From: Armatimonadota bacterium
GTDB lineage: Bacteria > Sysuimicrobiota > Sysuimicrobiia > Sysuimicrobiales > Humicultoraceae
Direction: 5' to 3'
Assembly (NCBI GenBank): GCA_037443365.1
Contig: JBBIOM010000002.1
Location: forward strand, 61,331-125,330
Length of the DNA: 64,000 nt
Shown: positions 1 through 9,494 of the stretch, piece after piece
Numbering within the stretch: position 1 is the stretch's first letter
Layout of the letters: every line of letters starts with the position of its first letter
The notes under the pieces: generated by a model
Databases searched by the model: none
What the model was told of the DNA's origin: nothing
The model's input: only the letters and a program-made list of their open reading frames with translations
Program-made: the position numbers and the translations under genes

Positions 1-34
1 CGGTCCAGGGCGTGGTGAGTCGCTTCGGGTTCAT
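1..34 (-). CDS. Fe-S hydro-lyase (fumarate hydratase class I) beta subunit, N-terminal fragment running off the window edge
   Basis: Reads MNPKRLTTPWT with GGAG upstream, just downstream of the alpha subunit. xxLTTP is a typical beta-subunit start. An alternative in-frame ATG is at 43. Confidence 0.6.
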   Translation of the reverse strand, partial: MNPKRLTTPWT

Positions 35-53
35 GGTTGCCATCTCCATCGCC

Positions 54-896
54 TCAGAGTTCGGCGCGAGCCACGCGCGCCGCGTGACACTGCAGGTTCA
101 CGGCCACCGGCAGGCTGACGATGTGGCATGGGTAGACCTCGACGCGCACATCCAGCGCGGTGGCCAGGCCCCCGTACCCCATAGGGCCCACGCCCAGCGA
201 GTTGATCGCCGCCAGGAGTTCCTCCTCCATGCGGGCGTAGTATGGGTCCGGGTGGCGCTCTCCCGCCTTCCGTATCAGGGCTCGCTTGGCAAGGAAGCCG
301 ACGGTGTCGAAGGTGCCGCCGATCCCCACGCCAACAACCACGGGCGGGCAGGCGTTGGGCCCCGCCTTCTCCACGGTCTCGATCACGAAGGCACGCACAC
401 CGGCCTCACCGTCCGCTGGGGTCAGCATGGTCATCCGACTCATGTTCTCGGCCCCGCCGCCCTTGGGCAGGAGGGTCATGCGCAGGCGATCGCCCGGGAC
501 CAACTCGATGTGCACCACGGCAGGGGAGTTGTCTCCGGTGTTCCGGCGCCGCAGCGGGTCAGCCACCATCGACTTCCGCAGGAACCCCTCCGTGTACCCG
601 CGCCGAACGCCTTCGTCCAGCGCGTCGCGCAGCGACCCGCCGGTCACGCAGACCTGGTCGCCCAACTCAACGAACACAAACGCCGTCCCGGTGTCCTGGC
701 AGATGGGCACGGCCTCGGTCGCGGCTATCCTGTTGTTCTCAAGGATCTCGTCCAGCACGCGCTGCCCGAGTGTTGAGGGTTCGCGTTCCCGGGCGGAGCG
801 AAGCAGCGAGAGCACATCCCCCCCCAGGTAGACGTTGGCATCAATGCACAGCCGCCTTGCGGCTTCTGCTACGTCCTGGTACTGGATCGTCCGCAT
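54..896 (-). CDS. Fumarate hydratase class I / tartrate dehydratase alpha subunit
   Basis: Motifs PICQDTG, GFLRKSMV, NTGDNSP, KGGGAEN, GPNACPP and VNLQCHAAR. Start re-placed at ATG 896 with a GGAGGGG RBS. Confidence 0.92.
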   Translation of the reverse strand: MRTIQYQDVAEAARRLCIDANVYLGGDVLSLLRSAREREPSTLGQRVLDEILENNRIAATEAVPICQDTGTAFVFVELGDQVCVTGGSLRDALDEGVRRGYTEGFLRKSMVADPLRRRNTGDNSPAVVHIELVPGDRLRMTLLPKGGGAENMSRMTMLTPADGEAGVRAFVIETVEKAGPNACPPVVVGVGIGGTFDTVGFLAKRALIRKAGERHPDPYYARMEEELLAAINSLGVGPMGYGGLATALDVRVEVYPCHIVSLPVAVNLQCHAARVARAEL

Positions 897-951
897 GTCC
901 CCCTCCGTCCTCTCCGACCATGGTCGTCTGCGCTCGGCACCCGCGCAGAGG

Positions 952-3840
952 TCACGTCTCGCCTCCGGCAGTGCCAGCGCGTTCGGCGCGCAGGCGTTCC
1001 AGCCGCACCGCCGCGAACTTGAACTCAGGCGTCTTGGCACCGGCATCCAGGCCGTCGGCGTGTGTAAGCAGGTTGGCCGCGGCCTCGCGGAAGTGGAACG
1101 GCATGTAGATCATGCCCTGCGGCACGACATCCCCCACCCTTGCCTGGACGCGAACGCTGCCGCGCCGGCTGCTAACGAGGCACGCCTGACCATCGCGCAC
1201 GCCCGCGCGTGCGGCATCCTCGGGGTGGATCTCGGCGTAGGCCCTCGGTTCGCGCCAGTCCAGGGGCGCGGCGCGCCGCGTCATGGGCCCGCCGTTGTAG
1301 TGGTACAGCATACGACCCGTGGAGAGCACGAGCGGGTAGGTCTGGTCGGTGGGCTCGAACGGGGGTGCCGGAGAGGTCGCGTGGAACCGCCCCCTGCCCC
1401 GCGAGAACTGCCCCTCGTGCAGGTACACCGTTCCAGGGTGCTCACTGGAGGTGCAAGGCCACTGCAGCCCCACCTTCTCAAGCCGATCGTGCGTGATGCC
1501 GCCGAAGATCGGGCAGAGCGCGGCCACCTCGCGCATGATCTCGGCCGCTGAGTTGTACTCCCAGCGCAGCGGGCGGCGCAGTCTCTTGCCCAACCGCTTC
1601 CCAACCTCGCAGAGAATTTCCCAATCGGGCCGGGCCTCGCCCGGGGCGGCCGCAAACGGGCGAACGAGCTGCACCCGCCGCTCAGTGTTGGTGAAGGTTC
1701 CGCTCTTCTCGGCGAACGACGCCGCGGGCAGGACCACGTGCGCCAGTTGGGCGGTCTCGGTCAGGAAGATCTCCTGCACGACCAGGAACTCGAGCGAGCG
1801 CATGGCCCGCTCCATCAAGGTGGCATCGGGGTTGGTCATCATGAGGTTCTCGCCCATGATGTACATCGCCCGAATCCTCCCGTCGGCGGCGGCACGGATC
1901 ATCTCGATGAAGGTAAGCCCGGGCCTATCGGGCAGGGTCAGTTCGCGGCCGGCCCTGGATCGGCGCTCCCCCCAGGCGCGCGCGAACTTGGCGCGCACCG
2001 CGGGGTCGGAGACCTGCTGGTAGCCGGGGTAGACGTTGGGCAGCGAGCCCATGTCGCAGCCACCCTGCACGTTCACCTGCCCCCGCAGCGGGTTGACCCC
2101 GGTAGAGAGGCGGCCGATCTGCCCGGTCACCATGGCCAGGTTGGCCAGCGTCTTGACCAGCTCGGTGCCGTTGGAGCGTTCCGTTATGCCCATCCCGTAG
2201 AGGATCGTTGAAGCCCCGCGCCTCGTCGTGTTCGCGGCCTCTTCCGCAGTGACCCGGCGCAACCCCAGCGCATACATCCGGGCTGCCTCGACGATCTGCT
2301 CGGCGGGCACCCCGCAGGCCGCCGATGCGGCCTGCGGGGTCCAGGCCTCCAGGGATTGGGCAAACACGTCGAAGCCCTCAGTGCGGGCGGCGATGAACTC
2401 CCGGTCGAGCCAGCCGTTGGTCACAATCGCGTTCAGCATCCCCAGGTACAGGGCGTGGTCGGTGCCAGGTGACGGCCGGAGGTGCAACGCAGCGTGCCGG
2501 GTGAGACTGATCCTGCGAGGGTCAATCACTATCAGCGTCGCCCCACGCCTTGTTGCGCGGACCACCTCGTAGGAGATGACCGGGTGCGCCTCGCCGGTGT
2601 TGGAACCGGTCACCAGGATGCAATCGGCATCCCTGATCTCCCGGATGCTGTTGGTCATTGCTCCACTTCCGAAGGCGGCGGCCAGACCGGCCACCGAGGG
2701 AGCGTGTCAGACCCTGGCGCAGAGATCCACGTTGTTGGTGTCCATCACCCCGCGCACCAGTTTCTGGAAGGCGTAGTTGTCCTCGTTGGTGCACAAGGCC
2801 GAGCCGATCCCGGCAAAGGAGTCGGGGCCCGATTCCCTCACGATCGCGGCCAGACGATCGGCGACCAGGTCCAGGGCGACCTCCCAATCCACCTCGACGT
2901 GCGTCTCCCCGGCAGCCGGCGGGCGGCCCAGCGGCGAACGGCCCAGCGCCGCGGGCGGAGGCGTGTCCACGAGTCCGACGGAGTGGGCCAGATCACGCCG
3001 GACCAGCGGTCGGCGCAGCCGGTCCGGGTGTCCCACGAACCCCAGGCCGAATCGGCCCTTGGTGCAGAGGAACTCGCCGTTGGCAGGCGCGCCGTAGCCC
3101 GAAACGGACACGGCCTCGCCCCCACGAGTGGCTACCTCGATGCCGCAGCCCGTGCCGCAGTACGGGCAGACGGTACGGGTGCGCACAAGATCCCATTCGC
3201 GTCCCTTGCCGATGCGATCCACCGGTACCAACGCCGCGGTCGGGCAGACCTGCACGCAGTTGCCACAGAAGGTGCACGGTGTCTCCACCAGGGGCGCGTC
3301 GAACGGCGTAGCCACGAGCGCCCCAAACCCGCGCTGCGCCACCTCTATCGCGCTAGCCCCAACTACCTCGTCGCAGACCCGCACGCAGCGCGTGCAGAGA
3401 ATGCAGTACTGGTGATCCCGGATGAGGAAGGCGTTCTCGTCCTGGTAGAGCGTGCGCGCGATCTCCTTCTCGTGGCTGCTCTCGGCGAGACCAAACTCGT
3501 AGGCGTAGCGCTGCAGATCGCAGGCGCCGGCCTTCTCGCAGATGACGCAGTTCAGGGGGTGGTCGGACAGCAGCAGGTCGAGGACCTCGCGACGCTGCGC
3601 CGTGAGTTGTTCGCTGTGCGTGGTGACCACCATGCCGTTCTTGACGGACAGCCCGCAGCTTGGCATGGCAGCAGCGTGCCCTTCGACCTCGACCAGGCAC
3701 AGTCGACAGCCACCCCAGGCAGTCAACTCTGGATGGTCGCAGAGACGTGGGATGTCAAACCCCGCCGCGAGCGCAGCCTCCAGCACGGTGGCCCCTTCTC
3801 TCGCTTCCACCGTTCGTTCGTTGATCGTCAAGGTCACCAT
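952..3840 (-). CDS. fdhA: Selenocysteine-containing Mo/W-bisPGD formate dehydrogenase alpha subunit with NuoG-like N-terminal Fe-S domains (~962 aa)
   Basis: ORFs 2707..4107 and 952..2694 are in the same frame, separated by one TGA (2707-2709) in the active-site motif DLCARV-U-HAPSVAGL. N-terminal [2Fe-2S], HxxxCxxC and 2x[4Fe-4S] motifs, then CPYCGTGC. C-terminal KTPEFK. Confidence 0.95.
2677..2709 (-). promoter_or_regulatory. Bacterial SECIS element following the UGA-Sec codon
   Basis: Minus strand TGA CACGCTCCCTC GGTGGCC-GGTCT-GGCCGCC forms a hairpin 11 nt after the UGA, resembling the E. coli fdhF SECIS. Confidence 0.85.
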
Positions 3841-3845
3841 CGCCA

Positions 3846-5540
3846 TCACCTCAATGCCTCGCACGCCCCGGCCTGACAGTGCCGGTCCTGAACATGGGCC
3901 GCGTACTCGTCTCGAAAGTAGCGAAGCGTTGTAACAACAGGATTCGGGGCCGTGAGCCCCAGGCCGCAAAGCGAGGAGGTGCGCACGGTCTGGGCTACCT
4001 GCTCCAGCCGGCCAATATCGTCGGGCCTGGCCTCGCCACTGGTGATTCGCGTGAGTATTGCCAGCATCTTGCGGGTCCCAACCCGACAGGGCACGCACTT
4101 GCCGCAAGACTCGTCCTGCGTGAAGCTCAAGAAGTAGCGCGCCAGATCAACCATGCAAGTGGTGTCGTCGGCGACGACAAGCCCACCCGAGCCCATGATG
4201 GCTCCGGTCGCCCCCAGATCCTCATAGTCCACAGGGGTGTCGAGCATGGAGGCAGGAAGGCACCCGCCAGAGGGTCCTCCTATTTGCACGGCCTTTATGC
4301 GGCGTCCTGGGCGCGGGCCGCCTCCGATGTTCTCCACCACGTGTCGTAGCGAAGTGCCAAGCGGCACCTCTACCAGGCCGGTGTTCTGGATGGCTCCGGT
4401 CAAGGCGAACACCTTGGTTCCCCCGCTGCCGTGTGTTCCGAGGCCGGCATACCAGTCTGGGCCCCGCATGATGATAAGCGGGATCGTGGCAAGCGTCTCG
4501 ACATTGTTGATGCAGGTCGGAAGACCCCAGAGCCCGAGCTCGCTGGGGTACGGAGGACGCATGTAAGGAACGGCCCTTTCGCCCTGGATGGATCGGATCA
4601 GGGCGGTCTCCTCTCCGGACACAAAGGCCCCTGCGCCCTCGCGCAGGTGGATCTGGTACGCGAACCGAGTCCCCAAGACCGACGGGCCAAGCAATCCCCA
4701 GGCCGTTGCCTCCTCCACCGCTCGTCTCAGCCGCCGCACGGCCAGGGGATACTCGTGCCGTACATACACGTACCCCTCCGAAGCACCGACGGCATACCCC
4801 GCAAGGAGCATTCCCTCGATGACCGCATGGGGATCTCCTTCCATGATGCTCCGGTCCATGAAGGCGCCAGGGTCACCCTCGTCCCCGTTGCAGATGATGT
4901 ACTTCCGCGCTCCGGGCTGTTGACGGGTCAGTTCCCACTTCGTGCCGGTCATGAAACCGGCGCCGCCACGTCCGCGCAGGCGTGATCTGGAAACCGCTCG
5001 AATGACTTCTTCTGGGCTCATGCGAAAGAGCGCGCGGTCCAGGGCGGAGTAGCCGCCCCTGGCGAAGTAGGTCCGTATGTCCTCGGGATCTACAACCCCG
5101 CAGTTGTGCAGCGTCATTCGCCTCTGGTGGTGATAGAACGGGATGTGGCGCTCCAGGAGGTGCGCCTGGCCGGTCAGAGGGTCGTGGAAGATCAGATCCT
5201 CCGGCGGGTCTCGGCCGGCGTCAAGTCGCGCAACGAGGTCGGGGACACGCTCGGGGCGAACTCCAGTAAACAGGAACCCGTGTGGTTCAGACCGCACCAA
5301 CGGGCCTCGAGCACAGAAGCCGTGGCATCCGGTGATGCTTACGGGCGAGGAGGTTGCCCTGCCCAGGGCTTCGGCAACCTGCAGGCTGCCGTTGGATACG
5401 CATCCCGTTCCGGCGCACACCTGGAACCGCCGTGGCGTTGCGGCCACCATCTCGGCAAACAGGCGTTCAGCCCGCAGTACGGCCCCCTCCCCTCTCAAGG
5501 GCGGCGCTATGGTGGGGGCGTGACTTCCGGTCTCGTTCAT
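3846..5540 (-). CDS. NuoF/HydB-like FMN/NAD(P)H-binding subunit of the formate dehydrogenase complex
   Basis: Motifs LRGRGGAGF, ICNGDEGDPGAFMDR, GAGAFVSGEET, QIGGPSGG and ESCGKCVPCRVG. N-terminal thioredoxin-like [2Fe-2S] (CAGTGC...GCHGFC). Confidence 0.93.
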   Translation of the reverse strand: MNETGSHAPTIAPPLRGEGAVLRAERLFAEMVAATPRRFQVCAGTGCVSNGSLQVAEALGRATSSPVSITGCHGFCARGPLVRSEPHGFLFTGVRPERVPDLVARLDAGRDPPEDLIFHDPLTGQAHLLERHIPFYHHQRRMTLHNCGVVDPEDIRTYFARGGYSALDRALFRMSPEEVIRAVSRSRLRGRGGAGFMTGTKWELTRQQPGARKYIICNGDEGDPGAFMDRSIMEGDPHAVIEGMLLAGYAVGASEGYVYVRHEYPLAVRRLRRAVEEATAWGLLGPSVLGTRFAYQIHLREGAGAFVSGEETALIRSIQGERAVPYMRPPYPSELGLWGLPTCINNVETLATIPLIIMRGPDWYAGLGTHGSGGTKVFALTGAIQNTGLVEVPLGTSLRHVVENIGGGPRPGRRIKAVQIGGPSGGCLPASMLDTPVDYEDLGATGAIMGSGGLVVADDTTCMVDLARYFLSFTQDESCGKCVPCRVGTRKMLAILTRITSGEARPDDIGRLEQVAQTVRTSSLCGLGLTAPNPVVTTLRYFRDEYAAHVQDRHCQAGACEALR

Positions 5541-6085
5541 CGTGGTGCCTCCGCCTCCAGTACCCTGTACATGTCGAGAATCTCGCCTGCTCTATTCAGG
5601 CCCACCGTTCCGTGCACATTCTGATTGACCACAATGGCCGGCGCCAGGCTGCAGCACCCGATGCACGCAACGGTCTGCAAGCTAAACATCCCATCGGGGG
5701 TGCTCTCGTCCTCCGAGATGTTCAGCTCCTTCCTCATGGCGCTCAAGATCGCGGCGGATCCGGCGACGTGGCACGCGGTGCCGCGGCACACGTGAATCGC
5801 GTAGCGCGCTGGCGCGGTGAAGCGGAACTGGTTGTAGAAGGTGGCCACGCCATACATGCGTGCCAGAGGAACACCCAACTCGCGGGCAGCGTACCGCACG
5901 GCTCGCTCGGGAAGGAAACCGTAGCGCTCTTGAAGCGCCTGCAGCACGGAGACAACGGAATCACTGCGACCCCGATACGGATCAAGGAGAGAAAGCAGGT
6001 CTGGTGCGGGCGGCTCGGAGAGCGGGTCGCCCAGGTATACCGTCTTGCGCGGCCGTCCAGCGGTGGTCGAAGGGGCAGTCGGCAC
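5537..6085 (-). CDS. NuoE/HydC-like [2Fe-2S] subunit
   Basis: Motifs GVATFYNQF, CRGTAC and VACIGCCSLAP. Confidence 0.92.
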   Translation of the reverse strand: MPTAPSTTAGRPRKTVYLGDPLSEPPAPDLLSLLDPYRGRSDSVVSVLQALQERYGFLPERAVRYAARELGVPLARMYGVATFYNQFRFTAPARYAIHVCRGTACHVAGSAAILSAMRKELNISEDESTPDGMFSLQTVACIGCCSLAPAIVVNQNVHGTVGLNRAGEILDMYRVLEAEAPR

Positions 6086-6086
6086 G

Positions 6087-7010
6087 TCAGGCCCTCCCCG
6101 CCGCCCGGACTACGTTACGCATCAACAGGATGTTGGTGACCGACCCGACCCCTCCGGGCACCGGGGTAATGGCGCCGGCAACCTGGCAGACCTCATCGAA
6201 TGCCACGTCGCCCACGGTCTTGCGCTTCGGACGACCGCGTTCATCCAGCACCGGCTGGCCCGCCGAGTCGAGCACCGGCTTCATGTTGATCCCCACGTCC
6301 ACGACGATCGCGCCAGGCTTGACCATCTCGGCGGTGATGAACTCGGCCTTCCCCATTGCGACGATCAGGATGTCGGCCCTGCGCGTGTGCGCGGGCAGGG
6401 TGCCGGCCCTGAACGTGAACGAGTGCACGGTGGTGGCCGTCGCGTTCCTCTCCAGCGCCAGGAAGTAGGCGGGCTTGCCCACGATGTTGCTGCGTCCCAC
6501 GATGACCAGATCCTTACCCTCGAACGCGGCCTTCGGATCCATGCCTTCGCGGGCGAAGAACCGTTCCAGCAGCACGTAGCATGCCCACGGGGTCGCCGGG
6601 TACACCGTGGGCTGCCCCAGGGCAAGCCGGCCGGCGTTGACCGCGTGGAGGCAGTCGATGTCCTTGGCAGGGTCTATCGCTTCGAGAACGGGCGCCTCGG
6701 GCATCCCCTTGGGGAAGGGCCGTAGCGGGAGAATACCGTGCACCCCCGCGTCCTGGTTGAGCGAGTGCATGCCGCCGATCACGTCGGCGAGCGTGGACTC
6801 GGCAGGGAGCGAGACGTCCCTGTAGGCGAGCCCTATCTCGGCCGCCACGCGCTCAACCTGGCGCCGGTACATCTTGGCGCCGTAGTCGTCTCCGATCAGA
6901 AGCGTGGCCACGCCTGGCGTGCGCCCCGCTTCTCGCATCCTCGCGATCTCGGCCGCGACTTCGGACTTGATCTCCTCGGCAATGACGTTCCCGTCAATGA
7001 TCTTAGCCAT
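6087..7010 (-). CDS. folD: Methylene-THF dehydrogenase/methenyl-THF cyclohydrolase
   Basis: Motifs AKIIDG, KDIDCLH, PATP, VGRSNIVGKP, VDVGIN and ITPVPGGVG. Confidence 0.95.
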   Translation of the reverse strand: MAKIIDGNVIAEEIKSEVAAEIARMREAGRTPGVATLLIGDDYGAKMYRRQVERVAAEIGLAYRDVSLPAESTLADVIGGMHSLNQDAGVHGILPLRPFPKGMPEAPVLEAIDPAKDIDCLHAVNAGRLALGQPTVYPATPWACYVLLERFFAREGMDPKAAFEGKDLVIVGRSNIVGKPAYFLALERNATATTVHSFTFRAGTLPAHTRRADILIVAMGKAEFITAEMVKPGAIVVDVGINMKPVLDSAGQPVLDERGRPKRKTVGDVAFDEVCQVAGAITPVPGGVGSVTNILLMRNVVRAAGRA

Positions 7011-7016
7011 CCGCGC

Positions 7017-7643
7017 TCACCCGAGCCTCTCATAGGTGATCTTCACGACCTCGTCGCGCACCGCACGTATGTCCGCAAGGGTGGCCTGAATCCCGGCCCA
7101 CAGCGGTTCGGTGAACGCGGGATCACCGATCGGTCCAAGGTTGATCTTGACGTTGAGGGCGGCGCTCTGAGCGGCCGAGTCGGCCAGCAGAGCCGCGATT
7201 GCGGCGTCGGTTATCACCTGGGGGTTGCCCTTCTCGGTCGTCACCTTGCTCCAGCGGGCGACCTCTTCGCACAGGCGGATCACCCCGGCCGGGACCTCGG
7301 ACGCCTCGCGGAGGGCCTGCTGGATCGCCGCCTTGCGGGCGGCCTTCTGTTCATCGGTGTCGCGGGGGTGCTTGTAGGCATCCATCACGCGCCGGAACGA
7401 CTCGGCGTCCCTGTCAATGGCCGCGAGGAACTCGGCGCGCAGCGCTTCGGCCCTGTCCCTGGCCTGCTCCATCTCGGCCTGGACCGCCGCGTACTTCTCG
7501 CGGCCCACCGTAAGGTTGGCCACCATGCTGACCAGGGCAGCCCCGGTAGCGCCTGTCAGGGCCGCGGCGGCTCCACCTCCTGGCTCTGGGGCTGCCGACG
7601 CCAGCTTGGCTAGGAACTCATCAATTGGCTTCTCCGGGTACAT
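7017..7643 (-). CDS. fchA: Cyclodeaminase/cyclohydrolase family (FTCD_C; methenyl-THF cyclohydrolase FchA-like)
   Basis: Motifs LASAAPEPGGGAAAA, LVSMVANLTVG, GNPQVITDA and LNVKINL. Located beside folD, as in acetogen clusters. Confidence 0.85.
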   Translation of the reverse strand: MYPEKPIDEFLAKLASAAPEPGGGAAAALTGATGAALVSMVANLTVGREKYAAVQAEMEQARDRAEALRAEFLAAIDRDAESFRRVMDAYKHPRDTDEQKAARKAAIQQALREASEVPAGVIRLCEEVARWSKVTTEKGNPQVITDAAIAALLADSAAQSAALNVKINLGPIGDPAFTEPLWAGIQATLADIRAVRDEVVKITYERLG

Positions 7644-7659
7644 GGCTACCTCCCTGTTG

Positions 7660-9024
7660 TCAGATCTTGCCCGCAGAGCTGGTCAGCCCCCGCATCTGAA
7701 GCAGCGGGCGCGGATCGGTGATCAGCCCCCCGAGGCCTGCGGCCTTCTCCTGGAGACCGAACGCGATCGCCATCAATTGCGTGAAGTAGAACGCCGGCAT
7801 GGGCGGAAGCCCGGCCGCGCGTGCCGCCTCCTCCTGCCTGGCGTCGAGGTTGTTGTGGCACAGCGGGCAGGCCACCGCGAGCGCCTCGGCGCCGGCCGCC
7901 TGAGCGTCGCGCAGGATGCGGCCGGTCAACTCGACCACGAGGTCCGGGCGCACTACCGCGTGGCCGGCCCCGCAGCACTCGGTCTTGTGCGACCAGGCCA
8001 CCGGAACCCCGCCCAGCGCCGAGATCAACCTGTCCATCTCCATCGGATTTTCGGGCCGCGCCGCACCCGTGACCGCGGGCGGCCGCGTGAGCAGGCAGCC
8101 GTAGTAGCAGGCCACCCGGAGCCCGCGCAGCGGGTTACGCGCCTGCGCGCGGATTCCCTCGAGCCCGCCTTCGAGCAGCGTGTGCAGGATGTGCTGTACG
8201 CGCAGCCCTTCGGGCGACCGGTCAGGAGCGTCCACCTGCGCGTGACGCAGGCGGGAGAAGCAGGCGGCGCAGGGCGCCGTCACCGCGGTGTGCCCCGCCC
8301 GCGCCGCCAGGCTCAGGTTGGCCAGCGGCAGTTCCAGCGCGAGATCCGCGGAGGTCTGGTGTGCCGCCGTCGCCCCGCAGCACCGCCACGCTTCGATCTC
8401 ACGCAGCCGCACCCCGAGGGCCGCGGCCACGCCGCGCGTCGAGGCATCGTATTCCCTGGCGCTGGCGTGCAGCGCGCAGCCGGGGTAGTAGGCGATCTCG
8501 CCCGGCTCCGCCCGCCGGCCCGAACGGCGGTTCGGGAGGCCGGGGATCAGCCGCAGCTTGCCGGCGCGGAACAGCCTGAGCGCGAACCTGCTCTGGCGGA
8601 GCGGCTGGCGCATCCGCATGTTCACCTCCAGGCCTACCCCCGCCTCGAAGAGGCGCCCGAAGAGACGGATGCTGCGGATCGCCGCCTGCGTGAAGACCGG
8701 CGCCTCGGGCACGCGCGCCGGGATGCGCCGCGATGAAGCCACGATCCTGAGCGCGTCCATGACGCGGGCCACGTCGATCCCCTGGGGGCAGCGAGCCGTA
8801 CAGGCCTGGCAGGAGGCGCACAGCCAGAAGGTGTTGCCCCGCAGCAGCCGATCGTCGAAGCCGAGCTGCAGGGCGCGCATGGCGGCATGAGGCGCCAGAT
8901 CCATCTCGGCGGCCAGCGGGCATCCGCTCGTGCACACCTTGCACTGGAAGCACAGTGCGGGGTCCTGGCCGCTCTCCTGCGCGACCTCCCGTGCCAGCAT
9001 CGCGCGCGTCGCTGTCTGTTCCAT
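7660..9024 (-). CDS. Heterodisulfide reductase HdrC-HdrB fusion
   Basis: N-terminal CFQCKVCTSGCP and CASCQACTARCP (HdrC), then two CCG domains (YYPGC..CCG..CAAC; YYGC..CCG..CPLC). Start re-placed at ATG 9024. Confidence 0.9.
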   Translation of the reverse strand: MEQTATRAMLAREVAQESGQDPALCFQCKVCTSGCPLAAEMDLAPHAAMRALQLGFDDRLLRGNTFWLCASCQACTARCPQGIDVARVMDALRIVASSRRIPARVPEAPVFTQAAIRSIRLFGRLFEAGVGLEVNMRMRQPLRQSRFALRLFRAGKLRLIPGLPNRRSGRRAEPGEIAYYPGCALHASAREYDASTRGVAAALGVRLREIEAWRCCGATAAHQTSADLALELPLANLSLAARAGHTAVTAPCAACFSRLRHAQVDAPDRSPEGLRVQHILHTLLEGGLEGIRAQARNPLRGLRVACYYGCLLTRPPAVTGAARPENPMEMDRLISALGGVPVAWSHKTECCGAGHAVVRPDLVVELTGRILRDAQAAGAEALAVACPLCHNNLDARQEEAARAAGLPPMPAFYFTQLMAIAFGLQEKAAGLGGLITDPRPLLQMRGLTSSAGKI

Positions 9025-9494
9025 CACGGGGCATCTCCGATCTTCGCCCGCCGAAGCGGCGTCGGTCCCAACGCCGTGATGCGCTCGGTCATCTCCCGGG
9101 CTATCTCGGCGAACCGCGGGCCCTGGGCCGACGACAGGTTGAACATCTCCAGGCGCGCCCCCCCGATGCCGGCCTCGTCGAGACGCTCCTTGAGGTACCG
9201 CACACGCGCCTTGGCATGGTAGTTGCCGGCCTGGTAGTGGCACTGCCCCTCCAGGCACCCGGCCACGAACACCCCGTCCGCTCCTGCCTCGAAGGCGCGC
9301 AGGATGTAGATCGCGTCAATCCCGCCGGTGCAGGGCAGCAGCACGACCTTCACATTGGGCGGATACGGCAGGCGCATCACGCCTGCAAGGTCTGCCGCCG
9401 CGTAGGCGCAGTAGAAGCAGCAGAAGGCCACTATCTCAACCGAGGCCTTGGACGCCTCCGATTGCGCTGGGGCCACGGTAAGGTCAGCCGACAC
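9024..9494 (-). CDS. mvhD: MvhD/FlpD [2Fe-2S] subunit
   Basis: Motifs FCCFYCAYAAADLAG, LPCTG, GADGVFVAGCLEGQCHY and LGPTPL. Confidence 0.92.
   Translation of the reverse strand: MSADLTVAPAQSEASKASVEIVAFCCFYCAYAAADLAGVMRLPYPPNVKVVLLPCTGGIDAIYILRAFEAGADGVFVAGCLEGQCHYQAGNYHAKARVRYLKERLDEAGIGGARLEMFNLSSAQGPRFAEIAREMTERITALGPTPLRRAKIGDAP

Noticed and set aside
952-2694. Separate 580-aa FDH gene, or an fdh pseudogene
   Set aside because: It is the C-terminal part of a single selenoprotein; the TGA is at the Sec position and is followed by a SECIS.
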